Shown: positions 62,758 through 64,000 of the stretch, in pieces
Numbering within the stretch: position 1 is the first letter of the stretch
Layout: every line of letters starts with the position of its first letter
Origin: an uncultured bacterium
GTDB taxonomy: Bacteria; Chloroflexota; Dehalococcoidia; Lucifugimonadales; UBA3495
Direction: 5' to 3'
NCBI GenBank assembly: GCA_963997925.1
Contig: CAXEOX010000003.1
Coordinates: 3,623-67,622, forward strand
Length of the DNA stretch: 64,000 bases
The notes under the pieces: model-generated
Databases searched by the model: none
What the model was told of the DNA's origin: nothing
Seen by the model: only the letters and a program-made list of their open reading frames with translations
Position numbers and translations under genes: made by a program

Positions 62758-64000
62758 CTACGAATAATCCGGAGGAGACAAGTTGACGCCAAGAACGGAT
62801 TCGCACCAACCAGCGGCGGCCAGCAGCTTCCCTTCATCCCAGGGTAACCCGGCCAACTGTATAGCGAGGGGAAGACCGTCTTCGGCCAGCCCCGACGGTA
62901 CAACGATGCTGGGCAAGCCCGAAGACGTCCAAGGCTGCTGGAACATGGCATTGCCAGTGGTGTTTAGATCGCGAGGAGCCGGGGCCTGGATGCCCGGCAT
63001 GAGCACAACGTCTACTTGCTGAACCATCGCCATCATATCGGCCCGGAACTGGCGTCGCGCACGCTGGGCTTGCACGTAGCGGACGCTGGGAATCAGCATC
63101 CCCACTTCGATGCTGGACCGGATCCTTGGTCCGAACTCATCAGCCCGGTCCCGATAGGACTCTTCATGGAAAGCAGCGCATTCCACGTTGCTGACCACCC
63201 GTTGGCAGCTATGGGCCGATGAAAAGCTCTCGGGCAAGCTTATCTCTTGGATGATTGCGCCGGCCTCTGCCAGTTTTTCCACCGCCGCATCGGTATGGCT
63301 GCGGACTTCCACTGTGGACTGGTCATAGAAGAACTCTCTTATCAAGCCGATGCGGGGCGGGCCGTTCAAGCGGCCCATCTCCTCCAGATAATCCGGGACC
63401 GGTTGGTCGGGACAACCTGGGTCTTGAGGGTCGTGACCCGCTAACACTTGGAGCATCACTGCGGCGTCCGCCACGGTCCGCACCAAGATTCCCACTGTGT
63501 CCAGCGACCAACTTACCGGCACCACGCCGTAGCGGCTGATTCGCCCGTAGGTGGGCTTAAGACCAACGATGCCGTTGTAAGCCGCCGGGCGGCAGGTAGA
63601 GCCACCGGTTTGAGAACCCAGGGCAGCGGCGCACATCCGAGCCGCCACGGCCACCGACGACCCACTGCTGGAACCGCCGGGAGTATGGGCTGCATTCCAT
63701 GGATTGACGGCAGGAGACGGGTCCGACATGGCGAACTCGGTGGTTACCGCCTTCCCCAGGATAATTCCACCGGCGCCCTTGATCCGGGACACCGTCGTGG
63801 CGTCATAGTCAGGCACAAAATCAGCGTTGATGCGGGATCCGCAGGCCGTCAACATACCAGCGGTGTAATAGATGTCTTTTAGTCCCACGGGAACTCCGTG
63901 GATGGGACCTTTCGGGCCGCCTTGCCCGAGTTCATCCTCCCGCCTTTTTGCCTCGCTCAGCACCTCTTCCCGGTCGATGGTCACCCAGGCTTTCAACGAA
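62758..64000 (-). CDS. amidase-signature (AS) family amidase, N-terminus beyond the right window edge
   Basis: GVPVGLKDIY, GGSSSGSSVAVA, GSQTGGSTCRPAAYNG. The ORF-track start at 63996 is an edge artefact: the paralog 57953..59311 has ~45 more N-terminal residues. Confidence 0.85.
   Translation of the reverse strand, partial: SLKAWVTIDREEVLSEAKRREDELGQGGPKGPIHGVPVGLKDIYYTAGMLTACGSRINADFVPDYDATTVSRIKGAGGIILGKAVTTEFAMSDPSPAVNPWNAAHTPGGSSSGSSVAVAARMCAAALGSQTGGSTCRPAAYNGIVGLKPTYGRISRYGVVPVSWSLDTVGILVRTVADAAVMLQVLAGHDPQDPGCPDQPVPDYLEEMGRLNGPPRIGLIREFFYDQSTVEVRSHTDAAVEKLAEAGAIIQEISLPESFSSAHSCQRVVSNVECAAFHEESYRDRADEFGPRIRSSIEVGMLIPSVRYVQAQRARRQFRADMMAMVQQVDVVLMPGIQAPAPRDLNTTGNAMFQQPWTSSGLPSIVVPSGLAEDGLPLAIQLAGLPWDEGKLLAAAGWCESVLGVNLSPPDYS

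Noticed and set aside
1-64000. Mobile-element, prophage or defence-island signatures (integrase, transposase, restriction, toxin-antitoxin, cas)
   Set aside because: I found none in any frame. The only candidate selfish module is the small GIY-YIG gene with its palindromic repeats, which is reported as a finding.

Overview
Gene-dense, moderately GC-rich chromosomal segment with about 60 protein-coding genes. I found no rRNA, tRNA, CRISPR array, transposase, integrase or phage gene. A small housekeeping set is present: dnaG-rpoD (stop and start overlap by 1 nt), glmU, xth and a sortase. It sits inside a mosaic of catabolic, broad-specificity enzyme families, many in several paralogous copies. 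These include LLM-type flavin/F420 oxidoreductases (one at each of 1-697 and 31995-33080, plus a 100-nt relic), a Ddn-like deazaflavin enzyme, four amidohydrolase-superfamily proteins, three amidase-signature amidases, two cyclase/formamidase proteins and two VOC proteins plus a cupin. There are also HpaB- and PheA-type monooxygenases, six beta-propellers (four NHL, one lactonase, one ASST-like), two MFS transporters and one ABC exporter. By inference only, this repertoire together with a stand-alone protoglobin and a sortase fits a marine Chloroflexota (SAR202-like) heterotroph. The most unusual object is a single 687-aa ORF (38973-41036). It fuses a DapA-family class I aldolase, an MfnB (4-HFC-P synthase, DUF556)-like aldolase with its catalytic residues intact, and a C-terminal TusA-like sulfur-carrier domain. 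It has its own candidate promoter and no other methanofuran or methylofuran genes nearby. Other points worth a second look: (1) several enzyme-fold proteins have lost canonical catalytic residues (an SDR without Ser/Tyr/Lys, a type II dehydroquinase-like protein with Tyr->Phe, an ICL/PEP-mutase-family protein without KRCGH); (2) there are gene relics (LLM fragment, CDGSH mini-ORF, a three-piece disulfide oxidoreductase); (3) two families of short intergenic palindromes occur, one associated with a small GIY-YIG gene. Caution: all four broken reading frames I found are repaired by adding one nucleotide next to an existing G or G-run. Systematic homopolymer under-calling in the assembly must therefore be excluded before calling them pseudogenes. 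All homology statements come from reading the translations against remembered family motifs. No database search was run.
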